Source of the DNA: Raillietiella orientalis
Taxonomy: Eukaryota
DNA: 64,000 nucleotides
Reading direction: 5' to 3'
Assembly: GCA_036172245.1 (NCBI GenBank)
Contig: JAYWIR010000029.1
Span: 1,116,001 to 1,180,000 of the forward strand
Part shown: one piece after another, positions 49,251 through 62,970 of the stretch
Numbering within the stretch: position 1 is the first letter of the stretch
Layout of the letters: the number at the start of each line of letters is the position of its first letter
The notes under the pieces: model-generated
What the model saw: the letters and a program-made list of their open reading frames with translations, nothing else
The model's database searches: none
Told to the model about the DNA's origin: nothing
Program-made: the position numbers and the translations under genes

Positions 49251-52200
49251 GTCGGTTGCAACGGCACTCGTCCGATGGTCCTACAACTGGAATTTCCGAA
49301 AGCCGGCGACGAAATCACCCATTGGTCCTGTTCTCTGGACTCTGTCCGAGCCTTAGCAAACTGTCGCGTTGCAGTGATGCTCACTTCCCAAGAGCAAGAG
49401 GTTTGGCCAGCAGCAGCTGAGAAACATGTATGGCGTCAAGATGAAAACGGGAAAAATCTCTATGAGGAGGCCTCTTAGGGAGAATAGGTGACCAATCTCC
49501 TCAAGATGGGCAAAAATCCCTGAAACTCTCAACCTGCATCCAGCTGCTGTCAGGAGACAATCGGTTTAATCAGAGTCCACGTAAGTTCGGAAAAATGAAG
49601 CTCTGCATGTGTGCCCAGCGATGTCATAGGTCTGCATTCGTTGGTCGTGGAGACGACCACTAGGGAAGCTCCGATCCCTATTTATCTCAGAACCCGGAAG
49701 ACCAAGAATCTCGCCTCGAAGCATCAACGGTCTTCGATCTTCATGTCTTTGAGAAAGTGATGGCTACGGAGAGCAAAACTGACTACGGAGAGTCCATCGA
49801 TGGTTCTGCACGACACTCTTGTCGTGGACGGAGCGAAATTCCTTGTCCAACGGCAACACAGACGCAGAAGACTTTTTGATCTTCGTCTACCTCACCATCA
49901 ATCTCTTCGCGATTGATAATGGCATCCACGCACAATAGTAGTTCTACCAATCTGTCTATAACCGATAATTAGTTCACACTGCCCTTTACCTATTGCAATT
50001 CGCAAATCAATCCTTGCCTCTCTTCCTCCTTCCTCTGTTCCTTTTCGAGTTTTCTTTTTTTTGGCCATGTTCCCTCTTATTATCGCCATACGAAGATCCT
50101 GCTCGCAACTCAGCTGGTTAAAATTCGCCCTACTCTCTTCTTGGCTAGCTTGAGCAGATCTTGCTCTTCCTCGATTCCCCCCCTGCTTAGCTTTTCGAAA
50201 ATGCTGTTCCAGCCTTTTCTGAATGCTCATCCATCTTAAGGCTCCTTGGAGTGGTTTCTCTGTTTGTTAGCATCGCGCTCGTAGAGAAGGGACGGACTCT
50301 CTCTGTGTATTCTTCAAATGAAGCACTGTGTGCGCTCTTTGCCAACTTCTGCGGCGCTAGGGTTCCCTGCAAGGAAAACAAACAAGGGGAACAGAAACGA
50401 AAGCATCGTGTTTCGTGTTTCTTTCGATGATTGTGTGAGCGCTTGATGGCAGCTTTGTGGGGGCCGCTGCTGGCCACGTAGGCTAATGAGCAGCTTCATG
50501 AATCATAGAATTTCAAGAGAGCTTCGCCACCGAGCTGCTGACGCCTGCTTATTCCCTTTTCCAGGGTTCCTCTGGCACCAAAAGTGAAAAGATTTCGGGC
50601 GAGACTCTTCAGCAAAGAGGGAGAAACCGAATGGTCCCCTTTGCTTCCCTTCAAAGTCTCAGCAAAGTGGGTAAGCAGAACCTCCGGGATCAAACCACGA
50701 ATGTCGGCACTCGAAATGAGGGTTCTGAGTTTCCAGTTCGTTTGCGAATACAGTGCGAAAGGTTTTCTTCGCACCTCCGGGAAAAAGTCGTCTCACCTAT
50801 GAGTCACCTTGACCCAAATAAGTGTGTTCCCGGAACATTGTTTTTTTTTTTTTTTTTCCACTGCTTCTTTCGAGCGCGATTCTTCTGCTTTGATGCCTTT
50901 ATTCCTATTTCTTTCTCCCCCATCGGTGACCCAAGCAGACCGCCTTACCGGTGCTCTTCACCGTCTTGCAAAGGCTCCATCGAAAGGTGATGAGCGCTAA
51001 CAGTCGAGTAACCGACACCCCCAAGATCCATTGCTGGTCGAATATTCCCCTTTTAAAACTCGTGACACTGTAATTAATCCTGGAATTCTTGATTCCGAAA
51101 TCAATTATCGAGCCCAAAGGTCGTCGCAACGGAGGTAAAAGAAAACTGGTTTTTCTTTTACCTTCAGTTATGTCAGAAGCGCAATTTTCCAAGAGTTCTT
51201 CGTATTTCCTCAGAATGCTTGGATTCCACAGAGGATTCGACGCAATTAAACAAGGAACGGCACATGAGGTTCCGAGGAAAAAAACACATTTCGTCGAGAG
51301 ATGTGTCTTTGTTTGTGGTGAAGGTCTCAGAGAACAATTGCAGCAGCCACAAGTCAATTAGGCAGGCTAAAATTATACGGTATAGAACCACTGAAGGTTT
51401 TCTCAAAAGCAAGTGTTCCCATCAGGGATGCCACTGAGCAGAAGCGTGTTTCCGTGTTTGCTTAGGTGCATCCCGAGGGAACGCCTTCTTTGTGTTTCCC
51501 TCGGGATGCAGATCCGCGAGGATTTGCAGAATGACACAGCGGTGGAGGACTCGTCCTCACGGAAACTGGAAGCCACCCCCCACCCACCCCACACACACAC
51601 ACTTTTGAAAGGACCATTACTTGGCATTTGCAGAGTCAAGGGAACAGAGTGACTGAAATCTTCCATCCGGAGAAAGACGGGAGACCCTGCGCAAAATTTC
51701 ACTAGTGGACAAAAACTTTCCTCGTTGCCTCTAGCTCATCTGCTTGAAAGACTGCCCACTCCCAAAGTCTTATCTGATTATGGATTATCAAGGTTGCTTT
51801 TCTTCTGTCTGTTGCTGGCTTCCGTTACCATTCACTGCACGAGACGAATATGATGACGTGGAATATTTTTATTGAGATGCTGAATGCACCACGTGTCTGA
51901 TTTGCAGATCCGAAACACCAGCATCTTGGAACGAATATCTTGCTCTCGGAAATGGGAGCTGTGACCCCCTTCCTTGGTAGGTCTTGCATCTTGGCTAGAT
52001 TTAAATAGGTCTCGGTAGCGATGATCAATCTGTTCCTGCTGCTAATATCATCTCCGAGTTGTGGATCAGCTGGGAGTCTGACAAACTAGCAAATGATTAT
52101 CAGCGAGCGTGACATCTCATCTTCGATTGGTGAGAACCACGGAAGTTCGTGAACGAACGTCATTCTGAGCACCGACGCTACACCTTTTGGTAGCAAAAAA

Positions 52201-52689
52201 GCAGGAAGAAAAACAGAAGCAAAAGTAAGTCGGCATCCCGTCTGTACCTCTTCTTTCAGGAAATGCATCTCTTGCTTTCTGTATCTTTCATCTGAGCATC
52301 GCCTTCCGAATTCTTTATTCCACAGAACCGAAACAGACAGAAACAACTCCGAAGACATTCGAGTGCCTCAGCGAGGCAATAGGAAGTTCCTCAGGAACTT
52401 ATCTCAGTGGAATTATCTCCGCTCTTCACTCTGGCGTCCCTGACTGCGCAAGTCCTGAGCGTCAACTCACCCGAATGCATCGTGGTTTCCGGTGATGCAT
52501 TTCGGAAAGGCCTCGAAAAATCAGTCAGCTCCACCCACTTCTCAAAGCATGAAACAGCGAGATTTCGAGGTCCGCTTGGCTTTCCAAATGAGGACTTGTT
52601 TGCTCTCCACGATTTTTCTGTAGACAGGATCCCCAAAAATGGGAGAGCAGAGACGCTTCGCGCCACGTAGGAACCATCTTGGTATCCGT

Positions 52690-53002
52690 TGTGTTAAACG
52701 AAATCCAGACCATATCCAAAGATGACAGTGATGGCATCCCCAAAGGGAATTCAGAATACGTGCTCCTTACATTCTTCATACCCGTTGCTCCTTGTCCCCC
52801 TTCAAGGTTGCTTCTATGTTACACCAGCATTCTGAGTCCATTGAATAGCACTCTCTTGATGCCGTCACCGTCAACACCATCGTTCCTACATGCCTACTTC
52901 ACTCATCCTGATCACCAGGCTTGCTCCATCAAAGAATCTTTCTCCAATAGTCCCCTCAAAAGGGGGAAGCCCACCAACTCCACAACATGAACATTGTGGA
53001 TC
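52690..53002 (-). pseudogene. Possible tetraspanin-like pseudogene fragment
   Basis: CCGVGG followed, after a frameshift, by DYW, further Cys residues and a hydrophobic segment (AITVIFGYGLDFV). Several stops. Confidence 0.25.
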
Positions 53003-53013
53003 ACCTTCAAAAG

Positions 53014-53441
53014 GGGTTTGGTTCAAAATCCCGAAAGATCTTAAAAATAAATACATATACTTATTATATTAATATATATATTCTTATGGAGATTAACGTG
53101 CAAATTTATCTTATACAACATGCATATTCATTAATATTTACTAACATGTATATTAATAATATATACAATATACATTTATTACATATATTAATATCTATTT
53201 ATGCATATACTAAATATATATTAAATGAACATATAAATTTCGAATTATCAAAGGTAAATCAAGGAACACAATGGAAAAATGGGGAAAAAAAACAAAGAAA
53301 CAAGCAAACGAAAAAGAAGCAAGGAAGAAATTTTGCATTTCAGTTTCCTGTCATCTGCAACACTCAGTAAACGAAACTTCCTCAGATCTTCCTTCCCTGT
53401 TGATGAATTCATTCAGTCGTTCGGGGTTTTGACTGAAACCG
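53014..53441. mobile_element. MULE-derived MITE (428 bp), same family as 32730-34638
   Basis: Termini GGGTTTGGTTCAAAATCCCGAAAGATC and GTCGTTCGGGGTTTTGACTGAAACCG. The AT-rich interior is similar to 32765-33200. TSD CTTCAAAAG / CTTCGGAAG. Confidence 0.8.
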
Positions 53442-56400
53442 CTTCGGAAGTACCCAACCCCTATGGAGTCTCCTAGAGCTCTAAATCCTGCCTTTTTTCA
53501 CATCAGTGGTCCACGAATCCTGCAATCCTGCACACGGAAGCATCAAAAGGCCTAAGGAGTTTGGTGCAGCATCTATAAGTTCCCTTCAGTTTGTGCACGT
53601 GAACTCATGTCCGGGAGTGGCAACCAGCATGGAGCATACGGATTCCCTAGTGACAGGGATAACGCAGCTTTGATTGAAGGGTGTGCACCATACCCGCTCT
53701 CCGACATCAGCGTGGTACGAAGAGGCGTGGGAGGCTCAAACATGACCAGCAAGAAGTACCAATTTCTGCCTCAATTACTCAAGGTGGTGGGGTGACGCCA
53801 TGAGCTTTTGGCGCTTCTTGTCGTCATATCTTGATTAGGACTCGTAAGAATGATGAAGCAGCATCCAAACAGCGCCTTCGTATCAGCATATTGGATTTCT
53901 AATGGAAATCTGGAATCGTTTCCCTTGGTGCTCACAATGTTTCGGATCCCATGATCTTCACGAGGACCAGATGAATGGATATCGTACATCAATGTAAGAG
54001 GCGGATTTTGGTAAGCATTTTAGTCCGGAACCAACGGAAATTTCCGTGCTCCCAAGGAGACCTCCAGCTTCCGATCGACAGAACTGAGGTTTGCAGCGAA
54101 TCGCAAACCTGGGGCATTCGCCTGCCACGTGGATAATTCTGTCTCGCGATGCTGGAGTTTAGCCGAGAGAAACAGAATTAGAGGAAGCAGAGTGGAGTTC
54201 ACAAACGAATCCCGAGCTTTTCAAAAATCCCAAAGGACTGAAGTAGAATTTGTTGCTCCCCGTCCATTTCCTTCATTCAACGAGTCCACCCTCCTGCCTC
54301 TGCAAAGCCAGCTTCCCACTGCTCTTGAAATCAAATACGCCTCGCTATTTGTCAGAATGGGAATTCGGGTTAGCTTCGCCGAAGCTTTCGTTGCCTCTTC
54401 TTGCTTCTGTTTCAATACTAATTCCCAAGACTGAAGAAAATGCACAGTGGCACCCACGATCTACTCTCAGTGCCACCCTCGGTCACATTAAGTCCTTGAT
54501 TCCTTCTTGATTCCTGTCGAGCTTCCACGATGATTTCTTGGAAGTTGTTGGCACACCCGTGGGAGGAAACCCTGTGAGCGTGTCCAGTAGCAAACTCTGT
54601 TGTGCATTCACCAACTACTCTCTATCAGATGGTCCCATCTTTTGGAGGTGAAATTCTATTTTCTTCCGAAATTAAAATCCTTCCATGCTTTAGGAGTTCC
54701 TTTTTCTTGTTATTATGAGGGTCACGCACGAATTCTAGGTATAGCCTCTGTAAGATCAGCGACTGCCACCATCATTCATGTATACCACTGTAAACATCAG
54801 TTTTATCCATTCTTGCTGTGACGTCAGTGGTTTTTTGCTGAACCTGAAATGTCCTTAGAGTTCTTCAGCTAAGCTCAATACATCAGTGCAGTGTGACTCT
54901 CGTCTCGAAAGAAACTATTCAGGAATGCGACCATCAGCAGCAGGAGATGAGGAACGAAACCAAAGCAGGACTGGATGTCTTTTTAATGAGCATCTGCTAG
55001 CTTTTACTCATACTCTAATGGCTCCGTATGCTGTTGATAGCTAATATTTCCTGCTGATAGCCGAGGTGCAGCTTGAATATTTTCTCATTCAGGGGAATAG
55101 GATGCCATTCAGAAACATCTGGCGCAAGACTCAGCTTCCATCTCAAGGAGAAACACGCTTCTGTAGCTGTAGCCGTTGAACTCAAACCGACTCTTGCAAC
55201 AGACTTGCCTTCCAAAAGAGGAGCCTCATTCTCAAGAGCAGAGCAAATCCATGTTATGAATGCAGATTCCGAAGGTGCTGTGGATGCGCTTTTGCCACCG
55301 CAGCCGAGCCAGTTGATGTTGTGGATAGAATCACACAGAGTGGTCAATCCCAACTAAAGGCACGTAAGATACCACCCTTTTTGAAAGTTCGGCTGTCTTG
55401 TTAATCTTCGACCACAGGAAATCCTTTCTACATAGGAAGTATTTGCAAAAAGAAGAAAAACAGGATGCTGACCACATGATTTCCCAGGATGAAAAGGTAT
55501 GAGTGTGATGAGAGGGCAATTCCGAGCCAGCATTTTTTCTCCTTAGTAGTAGCTTTTCTAAAGAATGCTCCAGGATTTGGTTCCATGAGAGCATGGTCAG
55601 ATGCTCTCAGTCCCCAAAGCGAGTGAAATCTCAAAGGGGTGCATGTTTCTTCTTGTCGGTCTGCACAGAGGTCCACAACGCAACGTGTTTTCGTGAAGAC
55701 ACAAAACTGAGAATTCCCGAAGCGAAAGAATGCACCACACATGCGGGGGACATGCAAGGACGTGAAGGATGAAATAGCCGAGTGCTTGGATTTGTTTAGG
55801 TATCCGAACGAGATCTACTGGGTTTCCAAGAGACACCGCTAATGCTCAGTGGCAGGTTGAAGGCACTGAATTTTCTGACTAGAGAAGCTGCGAGCATCTG
55901 ATAAAGAGAATATTTTGCGAAAGATCACTACTTTTCATAAGTAGGAGGTGTTGGAGCAGTACAGGAATCTTCAGATGCTCTGAATCCTGTAGTCTGTCCA
56001 ACCAAAAAATTATGCTTCTGCCTTAGCAAAATATCGAAAGTGCTGCTTGCTCCAGAACTTTCAGGAGTGCCAGACTGCTGAGAGACCGGCGCTTGGCAAC
56101 TTTCAGCGGTCACCTGAAACGAAACAAAAGCCAAGCAACGCTGGCTGCAAGCAGGATGCACGTCCGCTTGGCAGAAAGCCAAGCGATCGTGCATCCCAAC
56201 TACAGGTCACCCAACTACTCCTGACTGGTAGAATGACCCTCAGAGCGTCGCCTTTTGAGAATCCAAGAGAAGCACTTGACAATTGTCAGAATCTGTGGCT
56301 TCCGTTCGGTTCCTAGCGTCGCGGACCCATCATCCTTCAGTGTTCAGAGATCCGCTAAACCGCGTTTCCGGAAAGACTCTTTGGACTTTCGGCATGGGGA

Positions 56401-58699
56401 TGCAACCGTCGCTGAAAAATTCCTGTCTTCGACCACTGCATCCTTCGATCTCTCCTTGAAGATCGTCGCATCTGGAGTGCCAGCATCACGAAACAAGCAC
56501 ACTGTGGTTGCGGTGAAGTCCATCTCCTTTCACCTCGTCGGCTATGCACCCGTGCGGTTGAAACTTTCCCCCTGTCAAGCTCTGTGGTCAGCCGTTCACG
56601 GAAGAAGTCACTGCCAGTCGATCATGGCATTCCATCGCTTTGCATGCTCCAACGGCCGGAATGTCGGATCTTTGCCGTGCTCATCTTTTCGAGAAAGGGC
56701 TCGTTTTTTTGTTGTTGTTGTTGTTGGTTTTTTCAGATTTCATACGGTTCTGCTGTGAAAGATGCTCCAAAAGGAAAAGCTTCAGACACTTCAGCAGCTC
56801 CTGAACCCATCTGAAGATCTCCTAGAGCTCTCTCCAAAAGTTCTTCCCTTCCCGCTCTCTGTTTCAGTTTCCCTCCTGAGCAGAAGCAGGATTTAAGGAT
56901 TCCGAGACGACAAATGCGTCAACGAACCGTGCAAGAAAGGAGTGATGATCGCTGTCTTGCGTCTGACATACGGTGAAGCTTTTTTTTCTTTCTTTCTTTG
57001 TTACTTCTTCTCCACTTAGCTAACTTTTATTTCCGGTAGTGCTAGCTGGAGGTTTCATTACAGCCCTGTGTAAAGTTTCATTCCCATGAAATGAGCTCTG
57101 TTCCCTGACTTTGATGGAATCAGGAGACCGATGATAGGGACTGGTGATTGCTTGGGAGGCCCACCTTGGAAATTTTGCGTCGGACACGGCCACAGAGACG
57201 AAGGCAGACCCTAAGATTAACGAAGGAACGTACGGGAACGATAAGCTCTCTCTCGACATAGGTGGTCCCGACAAGCACGCTGCTTTGTTTTGAAATCGGC
57301 CGATTCGATGCTGATGCATTTTCCTATTTCCAAAAGATTCCGCGAAAGTCCTGTTGATTCTTCGTCCCTACACACGCGGGTATTCCTTGTGAGGTCTTCA
57401 TGTATCCTTAGTTCTTCGATCCACATTCCGGAGAGCAAAAATGCTTCCCTCTTCACAGAAAAAATTCCTTTAATAAAACTGCAAATGATTTGCATGATGT
57501 GACGCACCTTTTAATGTCACGTCGAGGAACTTCCCTGATTTGAGAGCTACATTCCGTTACAAAAGGAGGAGACGGTTGAGCATTTCATGTGATCCTTTGT
57601 GAACCCTCAACATGGGTCTTGCAGAGTGTTGCACTCAGTGTTTGTCGAGGATTCCAACATGTGCCTGCTACATACAGTGATGTCCATAGCGATAGCTCAG
57701 CTCTCTCCTCTCTGGTTTTTTGAGTTAGTACCGTCCTGCTGTCCTTCGCGATGCCAGAAGAATCCAAGCCTACTCTAAGAATCATCCCTGAAGTTACTCA
57801 ACCTGTAACCGCAGATGACTGCAGACTTACAAACGTCTTGCAAGTGGTGTTCTGGGCTGGTGGATTCCCAATCGGAGGCGAGTGTGTGTTGTTGAAGTTT
57901 TTAGTTTAATGCTGCAAGCCGAGAAGTGCCCAGTAGTGTAGAACTTTAGGGTATCCTGGGTACATGGAATGTCTTCCTCTTAGTACCAATTCAGGAGTAA
58001 CTGTGAAGCCACATACACCTGTGTATCATTTCAATGTCTAAAGTTCTTCCATCGAAAGGCAGATGACACATCATCACTGAATTCATCATCTCATCGTCAG
58101 GATGTCGGCGTGTTTATGGGAAGGTGCCGTTACTTTGAGTAATAAGAATACAGCAAAGAGATACGGAGATTCATCTGCAAAGTCAGGATCCTCGCGAAAC
58201 ACCAGGTTGAAGCCTTATGGTTCTCTTAGACGTACAAAGTCTCCCCGAAATTAACTCAAAGCAGATTCACATCATCTGGTTGACTGTTGCTCAGAAATGA
58301 AAACGGAAGAAAATGCCACACGGATGGCAAAAAAAATCATCGTCTCTGAAACCAAGTTTTCCTTCAGTGATATAGGAAAATCAAGATAAAGATGACTTTT
58401 TTTTAAATGCCTTTCTCTTACGCGTGCATTGGAGTTCAATCACGTGCAGCAAACAGAAGACATCTAAACTTGCTCTTCTCGTTTTCAGACTACATGCTCT
58501 TCTGCTTGTCAATTTCTACTGTGGCTGCACGGTAAATGATCCCCAAAACTTAGAAAACGTATTTGTTTACACCGACCTATAGACAGAAATGCAAAGATAC
58601 TAAAATTCTTCTTGCTTCTACCAGTATTCTTCTTGTTCATCTGCGAGGCTTTCGCTCCATGAAGAATCCCGTTTGACAAAGGGAAACCTCTTCTGCAGC

Positions 58700-59430
58700 A
58701 CGCAGCTCTCTGTCTTTGGAGACTTTCCTTCTTGGAGAGGAATTATGCGAGAACTTCTCCGAGCAGAGTTCTTCGCGCACAGCGCACACTTCTTCTAGAA
58801 CCTTCAGTACCCAGAGAAGCGACAGCAGCACTTTGTCCCTCAGACTGGATGGAAAATGGTGGTCCTTTTACGACACAGAAGAAAACGGCGAAGGTTTTCC
58901 TACTCTGCTCTCAGATGATTCAGTTTTTAGAACCGATAGCAGCGGCAACATCCTTCTGGATTCTGTTTTTCCAGTAAAGAAAGAAAGAAGCCATCTTTCA
59001 CCTTCAACAGGAACCGATTTTGAAAAGTTTAAAAGTGGTTTTTTGCAGGCGTTCAGCTTCAGCTCTCTGCAGTCATGAATCTACATTTCTTCGACCTCGC
59101 AAACATTCGAAGAGCGGAGATTAGGTTAGCACATGAGGATCAAGTTTAAAGAAAGATGTCTTTTGAAGAACTCGACTGTCAAATATGGCAACTAAAACTT
59201 TCTTTCAGTTGACAGCTAAACCTGGAAGTTTAATCTTCCATGGTAACCTTCTTTGCTCACTTCTCAAAAGGAGCATATTTATCAAACATTCGCTGCAGGT
59301 TGTTCCCGACGACGCAAGATGACTGCAGTTATTCCACAGACAGTTATTCCCCATTGGGGTTCAAGCAAACTTATGTGGACTGAGAGGACGACATTTGCGA
59401 GGAGAGAGAGACCTTGGAGTTTATACACGA
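58700..59430 (+). pseudogene. Possible Pelle/IRAK-like protein kinase pseudogene fragment
   Basis: In order across frames: DWMENG (~YEFMENG), SSGNILLDSVFPVK (~KSxNILLDxxFxPK), GD*VST...KDVF and ERP. HRD and DFG are not intact. Confidence 0.35.
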
Positions 59431-62400
59431 AGAGTTTCATCTCGCTGAATGAGTGATGCTAATGATTTTGATTTGTATTTTCGGGCTGAGATCACTTCTG
59501 GAAGGACTATTCTTCTATTCTTTCGCTTTGCGACGTATTCTTCTCCAAAAAACGAAGCCTGTCATTGCCATGAAAGAAAAAGCGAATGCAAGCTGATGAA
59601 AAAGAACATCAGGGTCATAGCTGCAGAAATGGGTGGGCCTAAGGGGATGACTTGTAAGTCCGAAACTTCCCGCAAGGGTGCCAAACATAGATCAGTTTTT
59701 AGCAATAACGGCAGAGACAGAAAATGACGACCTGATGATCTCTCGATGCTTTGTTGTGTCTTCTAGCATCCCTAGCACTGGACATGTATCGGGATTCTTG
59801 ACCATTCTCATCTCGATCCTCCAACACTTTTTATTCGTCCTGAGATCATGTCTTCTTCTCTTTGCAAAGCTGAATTTCATAGCGTTTATTAATCGATTCA
59901 TCTATCCGTTAATTCCATTTCCATTCATCCATTAGTTCGCCCATTGATAGACTGATTCATCGAAAAGGATTTTTGAGAGAAAAATTTCCAAAACCTCCTC
60001 TCAAGATCAAGCTCTAACTGTACCTTCTCTGACAACACGGCTGCTTCCAGAGCTGAAATGGGAAGATACTGAGTAGAAGCAACTGCCTGCTTTCGAATGG
60101 AATTCTACATCACTTCCGTTATCTCTGGTGTATCGTTTCAGAGTACATTTTCTGCTTCTGTAGCTATCAGGGTTACGGGCATTTCTCCAAAATTCACGGA
60201 GGTACCTTGATCAGGTATACTGAAAATACTAAACATACGTATCTAAATGTTCTATTCATCTGTCACGCCTTCTACAAGTCCCCTTACGCACTTCGCTCAG
60301 GCCCTGGAATTCTGGTAGACATGGTATCATGTGCTAAGCCTCCCAAAGACTTGAAGGAAAAAAGTCCTATGACATGTTTAGTGTGTCCCAAATCTGTTAG
60401 GCAATTTCGTTAGCTTTCTAGGTATGGGAGTTTGAAGATTTTTCTAGACTTTTCACCATGCGATTCGTAAACAGAATCAGAGTCTGAAGAGCAGCTGACT
60501 ATTTTCTTCACTTTGAAGTTCACTGCTGATAAATGTGCCTTCATTGCTGTGTCAGGTCGACAAGAATAATCTCGGCTTCACATTGGAGAGTCACTCCCTC
60601 TCACCTATTAGAACTTTCATATCATTTTCTATTCTAGAAGCAGGATAATTCTTCAGACAGGACTCGAATCGGTGGGGAAGTCGAATGGGAAGGAGCTCGG
60701 AAGGAAGTGAAAAATGAAAAACGGGAAATTTCAAATTTACTGCAAGGATATTCGCTGAACAGAAAATTCGCTTCCCGGAGAGTTCATTTCCGGGATCTAA
60801 CTTGTATTCTTCATTTTTTTCCTTTGATGATGCATGGATCTCGCGCCCTACAGATTTCGCCCTAAAGATCGATTCATCTTCATGGAGCGAGGTCCCTGCT
60901 TTCCGATCTTCCACTTTCATCCTGGTATAACTGTACTGTTTCTCTTCTTCGCTATCACAGTTTTTTTCTTTCCCGTTATGTAGCTGAACAAAAAAGGTTT
61001 CTGGAATTCGGTGACAAGTGCCCACTGAGTTGCAGTGACTCTGCAGTTCCGTGCTCTCATTCGAATCATCACCACGCTTGAGAATCTTTGATCGGAAGGC
61101 CCCATTTCGCTCATTCAGTACCCATCATTTTCAGATTGCCAGCTTTTGAATACATGCGTGAAGCTGAGCAGCGCCTAGCAGTTGCGAGGGACTTCTCGAG
61201 GCAACACCGTAAACGGAATGCTTCCTTGCTACTGCACGAGTCTTGTCGGCTGCGTTCGTGAGCAGCATCCGCGGACCTGCTCATAACACTGCTTAGTGAC
61301 CGCCCGTCCATAGACACGGGCTCGATAGAAAGATGGACAGCTGCACTGCCCCAAGATTCGGACCAGCCGCCCCTTGTTCTGCCTGCCGTCTACCGAGATT
61401 CCAGCTCCCTTTGCTCGTTTCACACAGGATGAATTCCGCGCTGGCAACTGTTAGCGTTCTGTTGATCCACGAAATATCCGAGGTCTGTCCGTTTGGAAGG
61501 CGTAATTTTAAAATCAAGATTCAGAGCAAAAATAAGATGAATGAGAGGAAAGCCATCGAAAGCACGCAATAAATAATAAAGGAATGTGTACTACTCTCAA
61601 GAACAACGGCTAATTAGAAATTATTCATCCGTTATTGATAATATGCATTTCCTCGATAATTTCGAAACATTTTTTTAAAACTTGCATCATCATATTTAGT
61701 TCGAAACTCACGTAATTGGTAACTACGCATCCCCCAAGAACCATAATAATTATGTACACCAGCAATCCAGCACGTTTTCTTCAGCAGCCGTTTACAGTGG
61801 CTTCTCGTGTTGATTGCGAGGATCTGCCGAGAAAATAGCGTAAGCGTTAGCTTTGAAAGTAGTCCAAACTATAGCAAATGGACCTTCAAAGGTATTTCGT
61901 GACTAGAAGCGACATATTGCTTTTCCCCAAGAAAGGTCAGCTATTAAAAGCACAAAATTTCATTCTCCCCATTTACCCTAATAGATTCCGTTCGCCTTAC
62001 GAAAGCAGCTTGCTACTTAATTCATTATGGCTTTGAGCATACGTCAGGGGCAATTACCACGACAAGGTGTTTTTTTTTGTTGTTGTTGGCGGTGTTGTTG
62101 TTGTTGTTTGAACAGCAAAAAAAACCGCAGGCAAAAAAAAATCTTTTCGTTTTCTCAAGATTGGGATTTACACCGCTGCGACATCCTCCCAAGCATACCC
62201 AGAGATTTCTAGCAATTCAGTCTCGGGGAGAGAAACAAATCCTCGTTTTTTTTTTCATCTGGCAATTCTTCCCTGTTGCTGAGATCGAAGGTGCGATGCT
62301 GCTGGTGCGGATGTGCAAGACGATTCCCACAGAGGGCGATCCCCCGCGAGCAGCAGAAAAAGCTGCGGTCCAAGTCTCCCGGCTTATCCTCGAGAGAACC

Positions 62401-62884
62401 GTTGCTATGCAGCAGGGAGGCGCAGGGGCACGATTCTCCTTTGCGTAGTTCTCAAGCCAGGCTGATGGAAAGCAAATCCAATTTTCGTTAATCGGAATGG
62501 AAGATGCACGCAAAATGCGTGCCCAGCTCTTCGGCAGTGATGCCACACGTTTAGGTATGCATCGTTCGCGAACGCATCAGAATAGGGCAGCTCATCATCA
62601 ATCATGTCAGATTCTCCAGCCATAATTCATTCCCTGAGAATATATTAATAGTTTTTGAAAGTAGAGAAAACAACTTCAGCGTTAAATCAGAAGAACAAAA
62701 GAAACCGTACGCTGTTGTGCTGCAGGAGGGGAGAACAGGGATCCGAATTTTACGTTTGGTTCGGTTTCAATGTACAACTCGAACCGAACTTGCTGTTTTG
62801 TATATTTCCTGCATTTTGTGGCTTCGTTTTCCTCTTTGCTGCTCAGTAACTACAAACGGGGTGTCAGGGTACGAACACAATCAG

Positions 62885-62970
62885 GAAAAAACGATCCTCG
62901 GTGAGGGCCGCTTGAGTTTCGGCATCTTCGGTGATGTACCCATGGATTCCGGGGGTGACGACGGCCGCCA
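62885..62970 (-). pseudogene. Possible AMP-binding (acyl-CoA ligase) fragment
   Basis: HGYITEDAETQAALTEDRFF resembles GYxxxxEATxxAxxEDGWF. Single motif only. Confidence 0.2.

Noticed and set aside
61293..61517. Ubiquitin-like ORF (LKLRLPNGQT...)
   Set aside because: The resemblance is limited to a few residues split across frames.
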